A stretch of DNA of 42,361 bases from Actinomycetota bacterium (GTDB lineage: Bacteria; Actinomycetota; Acidimicrobiia; Spongiisociales; UBA11373): NCBI GenBank assembly GCA_043805935.1, contig JAZDHM010000012.1, positions 1-42,361 on the forward strand, in the 5' to 3' direction. Made by a program: the position numbers and the translations under genes. Positions 1 to 8,356 of this stretch are shown piece after piece. Below the pieces are notes generated by a model that searched no databases, was not told the DNA's origin, and worked only from the letters and a program-made list of their open reading frames with translations. How positions within the stretch are numbered: the first letter of the stretch is position 1; every line of letters begins with the position of its first letter.

Positions 1-39
1 AGAGCGGGGTACACTCCGCTGACTCCAGCAAGGGCGCGA

Positions 40-1074
40 ATGGCTACCAGCTTGATGTCGCTGGCGACCCGCGACATGGCGATCGATCTCGGCACGGCGA
101 ACACTCTGGTGTACGTCCGCGGCCAGGGGATCGTGCTGAACGAGCCGTCGGTCGTGGCGATCAACACCAGGGACAACCGGGCTCTCGCCGTGGGCCTGGA
201 GGCCAAGCGAATGATCGGCCGCACCCCTTCACACATCCAGGCGATTCGCCCCTTGCGCGATGGTGTCATCGCTGACTTCGACATCACCGAGAAGATGCTG
301 CGCTACTTCATCAAGAAGGTGCAGCCGCGGCGATGGGCCCGCCCCAGGATCATCATTTGTGTCCCGTCCGGAATCACGGGGGTGGAGCGCCGCGCCGTCG
401 AGGAGGCCGCCTATCACGCCGGGGCGCGCCGGGCCTACACCATCGAAGAGCCGATGGCGGCCGCCATCGGGGTGGACCTCCCGATCCATGAGCCTGCCGG
501 CTCGGTGATCGTCGACATCGGGGGCGGTACCACCGAGGTGGCGGTCATCTCGATGGGCGGAATCGTGGTTGCCCGCAGCGCCAGGATTGGCGGCGACGAG
601 CTCGACGAATCCATCGTCAACTGGGTGAAGAAGGAATACAACCTGCTGCTCGGTGATCGGACCGCCGAGCAGCTGAAGATGGCAATCGGATCGGCGTGGC
701 CGTTCGTCGACGAACCGAACGCCGAGATCCGTGGACGCGACCTGGTCACCGGCCTCCCCAAGACGGTCATCATCACCGCCGCCGAGGTGCGGGAGGCCAT
801 CGAGGAGCCAGTCCAAGGTGTGGTCGACGCGGTCAAGTACTGCCTCGACAAGACGCCGCCGGAGTTGTCGGCGGACGTCATGGAGCGAGGCATCGTGATC
901 ACCGGTGGCGGTGCTCTGCTGCGCGGCATCGACGTCAGGATCGCCAATGAGACGGGGACCCCCGTCATCACAGCCGACAGGCCGCTCCATTCGGTCGTGC
1001 TTGGCTCGGGGCGGTGCCTCGAAGAGTTCGACATGCTCCAAGAGGTCCTGACGACGACGGCCGGCGGCGTGTAG
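40..1074 (+). CDS. mreB: Rod shape-determining protein MreB (actin-like ATPase)
   Basis: 344-aa ORF with MreB/actin-fold motifs AIDLGTANTLVYV, VIVDIGGGTTEVAV and VITGGGALLRG. It is followed by mreC, mreD, PBP2 and rodA. Confidence 0.95.
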   Translation: MATSLMSLATRDMAIDLGTANTLVYVRGQGIVLNEPSVVAINTRDNRALAVGLEAKRMIGRTPSHIQAIRPLRDGVIADFDITEKMLRYFIKKVQPRRWARPRIIICVPSGITGVERRAVEEAAYHAGARRAYTIEEPMAAAIGVDLPIHEPAGSVIVDIGGGTTEVAVISMGGIVVARSARIGGDELDESIVNWVKKEYNLLLGDRTAEQLKMAIGSAWPFVDEPNAEIRGRDLVTGLPKTVIITAAEVREAIEEPVQGVVDAVKYCLDKTPPELSADVMERGIVITGGGALLRGIDVRIANETGTPVITADRPLHSVVLGSGRCLEEFDMLQEVLTTTAGGV

Positions 1075-1087
1075 GGGCGCGCCGCTC

Positions 1088-2047
1088 ATGTGGCGCCCCA
1101 GCAACATCGACCGGCCCACCGGCATCTTCGTCGGCTTGCTCGTTCTCTCCCTCGCGCTGGTCACGATCGACCTCAGGGCATCGGGGGAGGGCCTCGGGAG
1201 CACTCTGCGGGATGGGGCGCAGGCGGTGTTCGCACCCGTAGAGCGTGTCGTGGCCACGGGCACCCGGCCGATTGCTGGCTTTTTCGAGGATCTCTCCAAC
1301 CTGTTCAGCCTGGCCGCCGACAACCAGCGGCTGCGGGACCAGGTCACCGACCTCCAGCGTCAGATCCAAGAGACAGAGAGCGTCCGCATCCGGGTCGCCG
1401 AACTCGAGGCGCTCCTTGGCGTGGAGCCACCGAGTGGACTCGACTCGATCGCCGCGTCGGTGCTCGCCGTGGGTGTGTCCGAGTTCGATCACGTGCGGGT
1501 CATTGACAAGGGTTCCGCCGACGGGGTCGGCGTCGACATGCCTGTGGTGGACGAGGGGGGCCTGATCGGACGGGTCGTGGCCGTCACCAACGACGTCGCC
1601 AGGGTTCGCCTCATCACCGATCCGACGGTCAACATCGCGGTGCGGATCCAACGAACTGGCGAGACCGGCGTGCTCACCGGCCGGGGCAGCGGGCCGATGG
1701 TCTTGGAGCTGTTCAACACCGATGCCGCGGTTGTCGAAGGTGACCTGCTCGTGACTGCCGACGGGCGCTTTCCGGCAGGGATCCCGGTGGCTCGGGTTCG
1801 TGAGGCGGCGCGGGCCGAGGTCGGGTTCTCATTGCGCACCACCGCCGACCCGGTGGCGGGGTTGACGAGCATCGATTTCGTCAAGGTGCTCGTGTTCACC
1901 CGCGACGAAGCCACGGTCACGGACCTGGAGGACCAGAGCGGGCTTCCCTTGCCCGTGCCCACCGAAGGCGGTACCCCGTCCGAGGGCGATTCGGATGAGG
2001 CTCCCACGACGAGCACGACGACGACCCTGGGCGGGTCGGCACCGTGA
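1088..2047 (+). CDS. mreC: Rod shape-determining protein MreC
   Basis: 319 aa with an N-terminal TM segment (GIFVGLLVLSLALVTIDL) and a coiled-coil stretch (LRDQVTDLQRQIQETE). The beta-rich core has GLIGRVVAVTNDVARVRLITD and the C-terminal tail is T/S/P-rich. It sits directly after mreB. Confidence 0.85.
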   Translation: MWRPSNIDRPTGIFVGLLVLSLALVTIDLRASGEGLGSTLRDGAQAVFAPVERVVATGTRPIAGFFEDLSNLFSLAADNQRLRDQVTDLQRQIQETESVRIRVAELEALLGVEPPSGLDSIAASVLAVGVSEFDHVRVIDKGSADGVGVDMPVVDEGGLIGRVVAVTNDVARVRLITDPTVNIAVRIQRTGETGVLTGRGSGPMVLELFNTDAAVVEGDLLVTADGRFPAGIPVARVREAARAEVGFSLRTTADPVAGLTSIDFVKVLVFTRDEATVTDLEDQSGLPLPVPTEGGTPSEGDSDEAPTTSTTTTLGGSAP

Positions 2048-2556
2048 AAGTCAGGCGGCTCATAGCCACCGCGGCGATCGTTGTCATCGCGGCGGCGCTG
2101 CAGACGACGATGTTCGCCACCATTCGGCCGTTCGACGCCGCCCCGGCGCTCGTCCTGCTCGTCGTCATCGCCTTCGCCCGTCACCTGCCCGCCGAGGCGG
2201 CGCTGCTGCTCGGCTTCGGGGCCGGCATACTCCAGGACCTCCTCTCCGACTCGGCTCTGGGGTTGTGGGCGCTGGTGCTCACGACCGTCGCGTTCTTCGT
2301 CCTCAGGTTCCGCGATCGCCTCGAAGACGACTTCAGCCTGATCGGGCCGTTCGTATTCGGGGTCACCGCGGGCGGCCTCGCACTGTTTTCGGTGCTCAGT
2401 ACGATCTTCGGTGAGAAGACGCTGGCCGATGTCGGCCTCATCAAGAAGGTTCTCCTCCCCTCCCTGTACAACATGGTGCTCGCAGCTCCCATCCTGCCGT
2501 TCGCCACGTGGGTGCTCGGGGCGGCCCGACGCCGCTCGACGCCGTTCGAGCTATGA
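2044..2556 (+). CDS. mreD: Rod shape-determining protein MreD
   Basis: 170-aa polytopic hydrophobic protein. Its GTG start overlaps the mreC stop (GTGA) and its stop overlaps the PBP2 start (ATGA). The call is mainly positional. Confidence 0.75.
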   Translation: MKVRRLIATAAIVVIAAALQTTMFATIRPFDAAPALVLLVVIAFARHLPAEAALLLGFGAGILQDLLSDSALGLWALVLTTVAFFVLRFRDRLEDDFSLIGPFVFGVTAGGLALFSVLSTIFGEKTLADVGLIKKVLLPSLYNMVLAAPILPFATWVLGAARRRSTPFEL

Positions 2557-4511
2557 AGCCGGGATGGCGCCTGCTCAGCGTCGGGGTCTTGATGGGGGGA
2601 CTCTTCTCGATCCTGCTGCTGCGGATGTGGTTCCTGCAGGTCACCGACATCCAGGACTCGCTTGACGTCGCCGCCAACCAGCAGGTGCGGGTGGTGACCA
2701 TTGAGGCGCCTCGGGGTGACATCTTCGACCGGGACGGCAAGGAGTTGATGGCGGGCACCACCGCCACCATGCGGGTGTTCGTCGACCGCCAGCTGCTGAG
2801 CCTGGACCAGGAAGCGGCGCTGATCCAGAACCTGTCCGCGCTGCTCTCCATCCCGGCGTCGGAGATCCGCCAGACGTTCGACGACCGGGGGTCGGGCAGC
2901 CGGTTCGCCCTCGGCGACCCCGTGACCCCAGCCACGGCGGCCTTCGTGCTCGAGGACCTCGAACGGTTCCCCGGCGTGTCGATCGAGCCGGTCCCGGTGA
3001 GGGTGTACCCGCTGGGCGAGACCGCCGCACATGTCGTCGGGTACATCGGCGCCCCGAGCGAGGAAGACCTGAGCCGCACCGACATCACCGCCAACGACCG
3101 CGTGGGCAAGTTCGGCATCGAGCGGTCGTATGACTGGATCCTCAGGGGTACGAGCGGGACGATCACCTACAAGGTCAATGCCCAGGGTGAGATCCTGGGC
3201 GTCATCGACGAGACCCCGCCGCAGCCGGGCGGGAGCGTCGTGACCACGATCGACCTCGACGTCCAGCGCTTCCTCGAGGACGATCTCACCAGGGCCATCG
3301 CCCTTGCCCGTCAGGAGGGGGAGCCCGTCAAGCGCGCCGCCGGCGTGGTCATCGACCCGAGGGATGGGTCGATCATCGCCATGGCCTCGATGCCCTCTTT
3401 CGATCCATCGGTGTTCTCCGACGGGTCGATCACCACCACAGAGTGGGAGGGACTCAAGCAGGAGGCCGTGCTCAACAACTTCGCGATCCAGGGCCTCTAT
3501 CCGGCAGGCTCCTCGTTCAAGACGGTCGTCGCCTCCCTGGCACTGGAGCAGGGCATATCTCCGGTCCTGGAGGATGAGTACAAGGACACCGTCGACCAGG
3601 TCGCCGACCCCACGGCCTTCTTTTCTGACGGACAGCTCCTCTTCCTCAACACGCCGCCCCTCAACGATTGGAAGCCGGGTGGTCACGGGTTGGTGAACCT
3701 GGACTCGGCACTCGCCGAGTCGGTCAACACCTACTTCTGGTCCATCGCCCTGGCGATCTGGAACGAGCGGGACGTCCGGTGGGACGAGGACCTCCTCCAG
3801 CAGTGGGCGAAGAAGCTCGGTTTCGGGAATCGGACCGGCGTCGATCTGCCGTTCGAGCAGCAGGGCCTCGTTCCCGACCGTGAGTGGTTCCAGTTCAACC
3901 AGCAGAACAGAACGGGTCTCGTCCGGTCGGAGGGCGGCTGGTCGGGCGGCGACGTGATGAACATCGCCACCGGCCAGGGGGCGCTGACGGTGACCCCCTT
4001 GCAGATGGCCGTCGCCTACTCCGCTCTCATCAACGGGGGGACCGTGTGGCAGCCCAGGGTGGTTGCCACGGTGAGGGACTCGCAGAACAACGTCATCTTC
4101 TCGAACCTCCCCAGCGCCACTCGCAAGCTCGACATGAAGCCGTCGACCACGGCACGCATCAGGCAGGATCTCAACGCCGTGGTGAACAGCCCGATCGGCA
4201 CCGCCCGCAGCGCCTTCCAGGGGTTCTGTGACAGCGGTGTTTCCGACGCCGACTGCGCTGCTCTGCAGGAGGTCGGCGGCAAGACCGGGACTGCCGAGAT
4301 CCTTCAGGCCACCGACACGCAGAGTGCCATCGACACCGCGTGGTTCGTCGGTGCGGCGCCGCTCAGCGATCCCCGATTCGTGGTCGCCATCGTGGTCGAC
4401 CGGGGCGGTTCGGGAGGCAAGGTGGCGGCTCCTGCGGCTCGGCGCATGTTCCAGTACCTCCTCGGCGAGCACCCCGACCCGCTGCGCGCCGGAGCGGACA
4501 CCGAACGATGA
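2553..4511 (+). CDS. mrdA: Penicillin-binding protein 2 (elongasome class B transpeptidase)
   Basis: Transpeptidase motifs are present: SxxK (AGSSFKTV), SxN (AESVNTYF) and KTG (GGKTGTAE), plus an N-terminal TM anchor. I chose the ATG at 2553 (ATGA overlap with the mreD stop) rather than the track start at 2508. Confidence 0.9.
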   Translation: MKPGWRLLSVGVLMGGLFSILLLRMWFLQVTDIQDSLDVAANQQVRVVTIEAPRGDIFDRDGKELMAGTTATMRVFVDRQLLSLDQEAALIQNLSALLSIPASEIRQTFDDRGSGSRFALGDPVTPATAAFVLEDLERFPGVSIEPVPVRVYPLGETAAHVVGYIGAPSEEDLSRTDITANDRVGKFGIERSYDWILRGTSGTITYKVNAQGEILGVIDETPPQPGGSVVTTIDLDVQRFLEDDLTRAIALARQEGEPVKRAAGVVIDPRDGSIIAMASMPSFDPSVFSDGSITTTEWEGLKQEAVLNNFAIQGLYPAGSSFKTVVASLALEQGISPVLEDEYKDTVDQVADPTAFFSDGQLLFLNTPPLNDWKPGGHGLVNLDSALAESVNTYFWSIALAIWNERDVRWDEDLLQQWAKKLGFGNRTGVDLPFEQQGLVPDREWFQFNQQNRTGLVRSEGGWSGGDVMNIATGQGALTVTPLQMAVAYSALINGGTVWQPRVVATVRDSQNNVIFSNLPSATRKLDMKPSTTARIRQDLNAVVNSPIGTARSAFQGFCDSGVSDADCAALQEVGGKTGTAEILQATDTQSAIDTAWFVGAAPLSDPRFVVAIVVDRGGSGGKVAAPAARRMFQYLLGEHPDPLRAGADTER

Positions 4512-5671
4512 CCGGAATCGGCGCCGTCGACCTCCGGCCGCACCCCACCCGGTCGCGCCCCGACTACTTGCTGATCGGCATCGTGGCCGTGCTCAGCGTG
4601 CTCGGCCTGGTGATGATCCTGAGCGCATCCGGCCCTCGACTCGAGGCGGCGGGCATCGCTCGCAGCCAGCAGATGGTCCGTCAGGCGATCTTCGTGGCCA
4701 TCGGCGCCGCCGTATTCCTGGCCGGATCGTTCATCAGCGACCGGAATTGGCGGCTGCTCGCCCCGGTGGCGTACGCCGGTGCCCTGCTGCTGCTGATGGC
4801 GGTCCTGAGCCCGGTCGGGGCCATCCGTCAGGGCGCCCAGCGCTGGATCTCCCTCGGCCTGTTCGATCTGCAGCCGTCGGAGGTGGCCAAGGTGGCGGTG
4901 ATCCTCGCCATGGCGTTGCTGCTCGCGCCGACCGAGGAGAACCGCATGGCATGGCTGCGGATCGCCAAGGTCGCGGCTCTGGTGGTGGTACCCGCGATCC
5001 TGATCTTCCTCCAGCCCGACCTGGGCACCATGCTCGTGTTCGGGTTCGTGACCCTCGTGATGCTGTTCGTGGCCGGTACGACGCTGCGCCAGCTGATCCT
5101 GTTGATCGTCCTCTCGATCGTGGCACTGCTTCTGGCAGTCGAGCTCGGCATCCTTCATGACTATCAGGTGGAGCGGCTCACCGGCTTCTTCAACCCGAGC
5201 GAGCAGACGCTGGGCGTCAACTACAACCAGAACCAGAGCCAGATCGCCATCGGAAGCGGTGGCATGTTCGGCCGTGGCCTGTTCGAGGGCACCCAGACCA
5301 ACCTGTCGTTCGTGCCGTCGCAGAGCACCGACTTCATCTTCACGGCGGTGGCCGAGCAGCTCGGTTTCGTGGGTGGGACGATCGTGATCGGGCTGTACGC
5401 GCTGCTCATCTTGCGGATGCTGATGATCGCCGGGCTGGCTCGTGATCGATTCGGGCAACTGGCTGCTACCGGGATCGCCGCGATGTTCGGGTTCCACGTG
5501 TTCGTCAACATCGGGATGGCCGTCGGCCTGCTCCCCGTCACGGGCCTGCCGCTGCCCTTCCTGTCCTTCGGCGGGTCGTTCTACCTGGCGATGGCGCTCA
5601 GTGTGGCCATCGTGAATTCCATTTGGATGACCCACAACCGAATGCCGGGGGAGCGCCACTACATGGGTTGA
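4508..5671 (+). CDS. rodA: SEDS-family peptidoglycan polymerase RodA (FtsW/RodA/SpoVE)
   Basis: Family motifs LQPSEVAKV, LQPDLGT, STDFIFTAVAEQLGFVGG and GLPLPFLSFGGS. The ATG at 4508 overlaps the PBP2 stop (ATGA). The upstream part of the track ORF from 4340 is Arg/Pro-rich and non-membrane, so I excluded it. Confidence 0.9.
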   Translation: MTGIGAVDLRPHPTRSRPDYLLIGIVAVLSVLGLVMILSASGPRLEAAGIARSQQMVRQAIFVAIGAAVFLAGSFISDRNWRLLAPVAYAGALLLLMAVLSPVGAIRQGAQRWISLGLFDLQPSEVAKVAVILAMALLLAPTEENRMAWLRIAKVAALVVVPAILIFLQPDLGTMLVFGFVTLVMLFVAGTTLRQLILLIVLSIVALLLAVELGILHDYQVERLTGFFNPSEQTLGVNYNQNQSQIAIGSGGMFGRGLFEGTQTNLSFVPSQSTDFIFTAVAEQLGFVGGTIVIGLYALLILRMLMIAGLARDRFGQLAATGIAAMFGFHVFVNIGMAVGLLPVTGLPLPFLSFGGSFYLAMALSVAIVNSIWMTHNRMPGERHYMG

Positions 5672-5760
5672 GCCGGGCGCGGCGCAAGCGGGAGTCCTGC
5701 GGCGCAGCGCCGGCCGCAAGGCGCCGGGGCGGGCGGCGATCCGCCACTACAGTCCACCGC

Positions 5761-6351
5761 ATGGATCGTCGCGATGACCGGGGATGGGTCGAGGTCATCT
5801 GCGGCCCGATGTTCTCGGGCAAGAGCGAGGAGCTGATCCGGCGGATCACCCGTTACACCATCGCCCGGGTTCCGACCCAGACCTTCAAACCGAAGATCGA
5901 CAACCGGTACGCCACCGACGCGGTCGTGTCCCATTCCTCGCTCTCGACCGCCGCCGAGCCGGTTGCCTCCAGCGACGAGCTCCTCCGGAAGGTCAAACCG
6001 CACACCGTCGTGGTCGGGATCGACGAGGCGCAGTTCTTCGACCAGGGACTCGTCGACGTGGTCTCCCGTCTCGCCGACGCGGGGAAGAAGGTGATCGTCG
6101 CCGGGCTGGACCTCGACTTCCTGGGCCGGCCCTTCGAGCCGATCCCGACACTCATGACCCGCGCCGAGTACGTGACCAAGAGCCTGGCGGTGTGCCACCG
6201 ATGCGGAGGCGCCGGGATGTTCACCCAGCGGGTGATCGAGTCCGACGAGCTGGTGGTCATCGGGGCCGAAGGTGCCTACGAGGCGCGCTGTCGGCATTGC
6301 TACGACCCCAGCGAGGGCCAGCAGGTGAAGCTGGAGATCGCGGGAAACTGA
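5761..6351 (+). CDS. tdk: Thymidine kinase
   Basis: P-loop GPMFSGKSEEL, Walker-B-like GIDEAQFF, and a C-terminal zinc ribbon (CHRCGG ... CRHCY). The start is taken at MDRRDDRGWVEV (ATG 5761) instead of the Arg-rich extension from 5623. Confidence 0.9.
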   Translation: MDRRDDRGWVEVICGPMFSGKSEELIRRITRYTIARVPTQTFKPKIDNRYATDAVVSHSSLSTAAEPVASSDELLRKVKPHTVVVGIDEAQFFDQGLVDVVSRLADAGKKVIVAGLDLDFLGRPFEPIPTLMTRAEYVTKSLAVCHRCGGAGMFTQRVIESDELVVIGAEGAYEARCRHCYDPSEGQQVKLEIAGN

Positions 6352-6363
6352 GCCAGTTTCCCG
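6341..6363 (+). terminator. Perfect 10-bp hairpin (CGGGAAACTG-AGC-CAGTTTCCCG) spanning the tdk stop codon
   Basis: Read directly from the sequence. The TGA at 6349-6351 lies at the loop junction, and the 3' arm runs straight into the GTTTCCC array. There is no U-tract, so terminator function is inferred only. Confidence 0.45.
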
Positions 6364-6390
6364 TTTCCCGTTTCCCGTTTCCCGTCAACC
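6356..6390. repeat. Tandem heptamer array (GTTTCCC)x4 plus one degenerate unit (GTCAACC)
   Basis: Perfect copies at 6356-62, 6363-69, 6370-76 and 6377-83, in the noncoding tdk-rne spacer. Confidence 0.9.
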
Positions 6391-6424
6391 CCGTGTTCGT
6401 CATCAGCTGTCCGCGTTTCTCCTG

Positions 6425-6452
6425 CTGGCAACTGGTAACTGGCAACGGGCAA
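6425..6452. repeat. Tandem heptamer array CTGGCAA / CTGGTAA / CTGGCAA / CGGGCAA
   Basis: Four consecutive 7-nt units read directly, located 42 nt downstream of the first array. Confidence 0.85.
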
Positions 6453-6709
6453 CGAGATTGGCGCCCAATCACCGAGCGGCGCGACGGCGCGTGGTAACCT
6501 CCCGGGCCGGAGGGCGCTGTTCGACGGGCTCCGTCTGTCGCCGCTCACCCATCGAAACCGGAGCACCCGAGTGCGCACACCTCACCTCGTCGAACGCATG
6601 ACCCGACCGACCTCGTCGGGCTGTCAGCGACGGGTGGGCGCCTCCGTGCCTCTGGCGACAGCCGTTCACGAGAGCCGCCCGCGCACGCGGGCGCCGAAGG
6701 GATCTTTCC

Positions 6710-8239
6710 ATGGGCCTGTTCCGCAAGCACCGCGCCGAGGTGATCCGGCGCGGGGTGGGAGACACCGCAGTCGAGGAGCGCACCACCCGCCGCGTCGGGG
6801 GTAGCACCGTCGAGATCACGCGCGTCCGCGAAGTCGCGCCCGAACCGACCAAGAAGTCGCGCGCCGAGAGCGCCACCCGTACGCAGCGGGAGTCGCGTCG
6901 ACGGGCACGGCGCCCCGAGCCGGAGGTCATCCTTCCGCCGCCGTCGACCGAGCGGAAGCAGATGTTGGTGCGGCGCACCCCGTACCAGACGCAGATCGTC
7001 GTGCTCGAAGGCGCGTTGCTCGTCGAGCACTACGTGGCCCGGTCCGACCGGCCCTCGCTCACTCACAACATCTACTTGGGTCGGGTGCGTAACGTGCTCC
7101 CGGGGATGGAGGCGGCGTTCGTGGACTTCGGCGAGCCGAAGAACGGCGTGCTCTATGCCGGCGACATCCAGGCCGACCCCAAGGACGGCCGTCACCGGAC
7201 CAGGATCGAGAAGGCCCTCAAGGTCGGCGACGAGGTCCTGGTCCAGGTCGTCAAAGACGCCATGGGCCACAAGGGCGCCCGTCTGACGAACGAGATCAAC
7301 CTTTCCGGCCGCTACGTGGTCCTCGACCCCAATGTCGAGAAGCCATCGGTGAGCCGTCGGCTGAGCGATGCCGAGCGGGAGCGGCTGCGTGACATCGCCC
7401 GGGAAATCTCCGACGAACTCGGCCTCGACCAGTTCGGGGTGATCGTCCGCACTGCGGCCGAGGGGACGTCTAAGGACGAAATTCGGGCGGACATCGAGCG
7501 GCTGCTGGCTGCCTGGGGCGAGATCATGGAGTCGGTGCCGCGAGGCGGCGCCCCGCGCCTCATCCATGAGGAGCCGCCGCTCGTGATCAGGGTCATTCGC
7601 GAGCACTTCACGGGGGACTTCCGCCGCCTCCTGATCGACGACCCGGACGTCTTCGAGCAGGTGGTCGGCTACCTCAAGGACGCCGACCCGGACCTGGTGT
7701 CACGGGTGCAGCGCTACGACGAAGAGATCCCGATCTTCGAGCGCTTTCACGTAGAGGATCAGCTGCGCAAGGCGCTCGATCGCAAGGTGTGGCTCCCCTC
7801 GGGAGGCCACGTCGTCGTCGACCGGACCGAGGCACTCACCGTCATCGACGTCAACACCGGCCGCTTCGTGGGTCACTCGAACCTCGAGGAGACCGTGCTC
7901 CAGAACAACCTGGAGGCCGCCGAGGAGATCGCCCATCAACTCCGGCTCCGCGACATCGGCGGGATCATCGTCATCGACTTCATCGACATGGAGGTCGCCA
8001 AGAACCGCGACGCCGTCCTCAGACGGCTGCGCGAGTCGCTGGCCAGGGACAAGACCAGGACTCAGGTGTTCGAGGTGTCGAATCTTGGGTTGGTAGAGAT
8101 GACCCGCAAGAACGAATCCGAAGGCCTCTTGGAGTCGTTCTCCCACGTGTGCCCGACCTGCGCCGGCCGGGGGGTGGTCCTCTACGAGGAGGCCGCCACC
8201 ACTGGGTCGGCGATGCCGGCACTGGAGGACGAGGACTAG
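6710..8239 (+). CDS. rne: Ribonuclease E/G family endoribonuclease
   Basis: 509 aa with a basic N-terminal tail and an S1 domain (NIYLGRVRNVLPGMEAAFVDFG). Catalytic-core motifs VIDVNTGRF and GGIIVIDFIDM are present, as is a Zn-link CPTCAGRG. The rne-rplU-rpmA-obg order is typical of Actinobacteria. Confidence 0.9.
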   Translation: MGLFRKHRAEVIRRGVGDTAVEERTTRRVGGSTVEITRVREVAPEPTKKSRAESATRTQRESRRRARRPEPEVILPPPSTERKQMLVRRTPYQTQIVVLEGALLVEHYVARSDRPSLTHNIYLGRVRNVLPGMEAAFVDFGEPKNGVLYAGDIQADPKDGRHRTRIEKALKVGDEVLVQVVKDAMGHKGARLTNEINLSGRYVVLDPNVEKPSVSRRLSDAERERLRDIAREISDELGLDQFGVIVRTAAEGTSKDEIRADIERLLAAWGEIMESVPRGGAPRLIHEEPPLVIRVIREHFTGDFRRLLIDDPDVFEQVVGYLKDADPDLVSRVQRYDEEIPIFERFHVEDQLRKALDRKVWLPSGGHVVVDRTEALTVIDVNTGRFVGHSNLEETVLQNNLEAAEEIAHQLRLRDIGGIIVIDFIDMEVAKNRDAVLRRLRESLARDKTRTQVFEVSNLGLVEMTRKNESEGLLESFSHVCPTCAGRGVVLYEEAATTGSAMPALEDED

Positions 8240-8284
8240 GTCGCCGCGCCGACCCCAGGAACGAGGCGGCGCCTTCACGGATTA

Positions 8285-8305
8285 CGGGTGACGGGAAACG
8301 GGAAA
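8285..8305. repeat. Heptamer array CGGGTGA / CGGGAAA / CGGGAAA, the reverse complement of the GTTTCCC unit
   Basis: Read directly, about 45 nt after the rne stop. GGGAAAC is the exact complement of the unit repeated upstream of rne. Confidence 0.8.
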
Positions 8306-8330
8306 CGCCGCTCGCGACCCGGTTATCATG

Positions 8331-8344
8331 TCCCCGTTCCCCGT
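8331..8344. repeat. Heptamer pair (TCCCCGT)x2, able to pair with the 8284-8304 array
   Basis: Read directly. 12 of 14 positions are complementary to ACGGGAAACGGGAA, giving a stem with a loop of about 26 nt that ends 13 nt before the rplU ATG. Confidence 0.7.
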
Positions 8345-8356
8345 CCCGAGGTTTTC

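Noticed and set aside
2181-4472. 763-aa minus-strand ORF covering the whole PBP2 gene
   Set aside because: It is antisense to a gene with unambiguous SxxK/SxN/KTG motifs. The translation is Arg/Gly/Asp/Pro/His-rich with no recognisable motif. This is the typical stop-codon-poor antisense frame of high-GC DNA.
6300-6578. Small ORFs (71-92 aa, minus strand) in the tdk-rne spacer
   Set aside because: They translate straight through the heptamer arrays (for example repeated GKRETGN), have no start context or motif, and are best explained as noncoding repeats.
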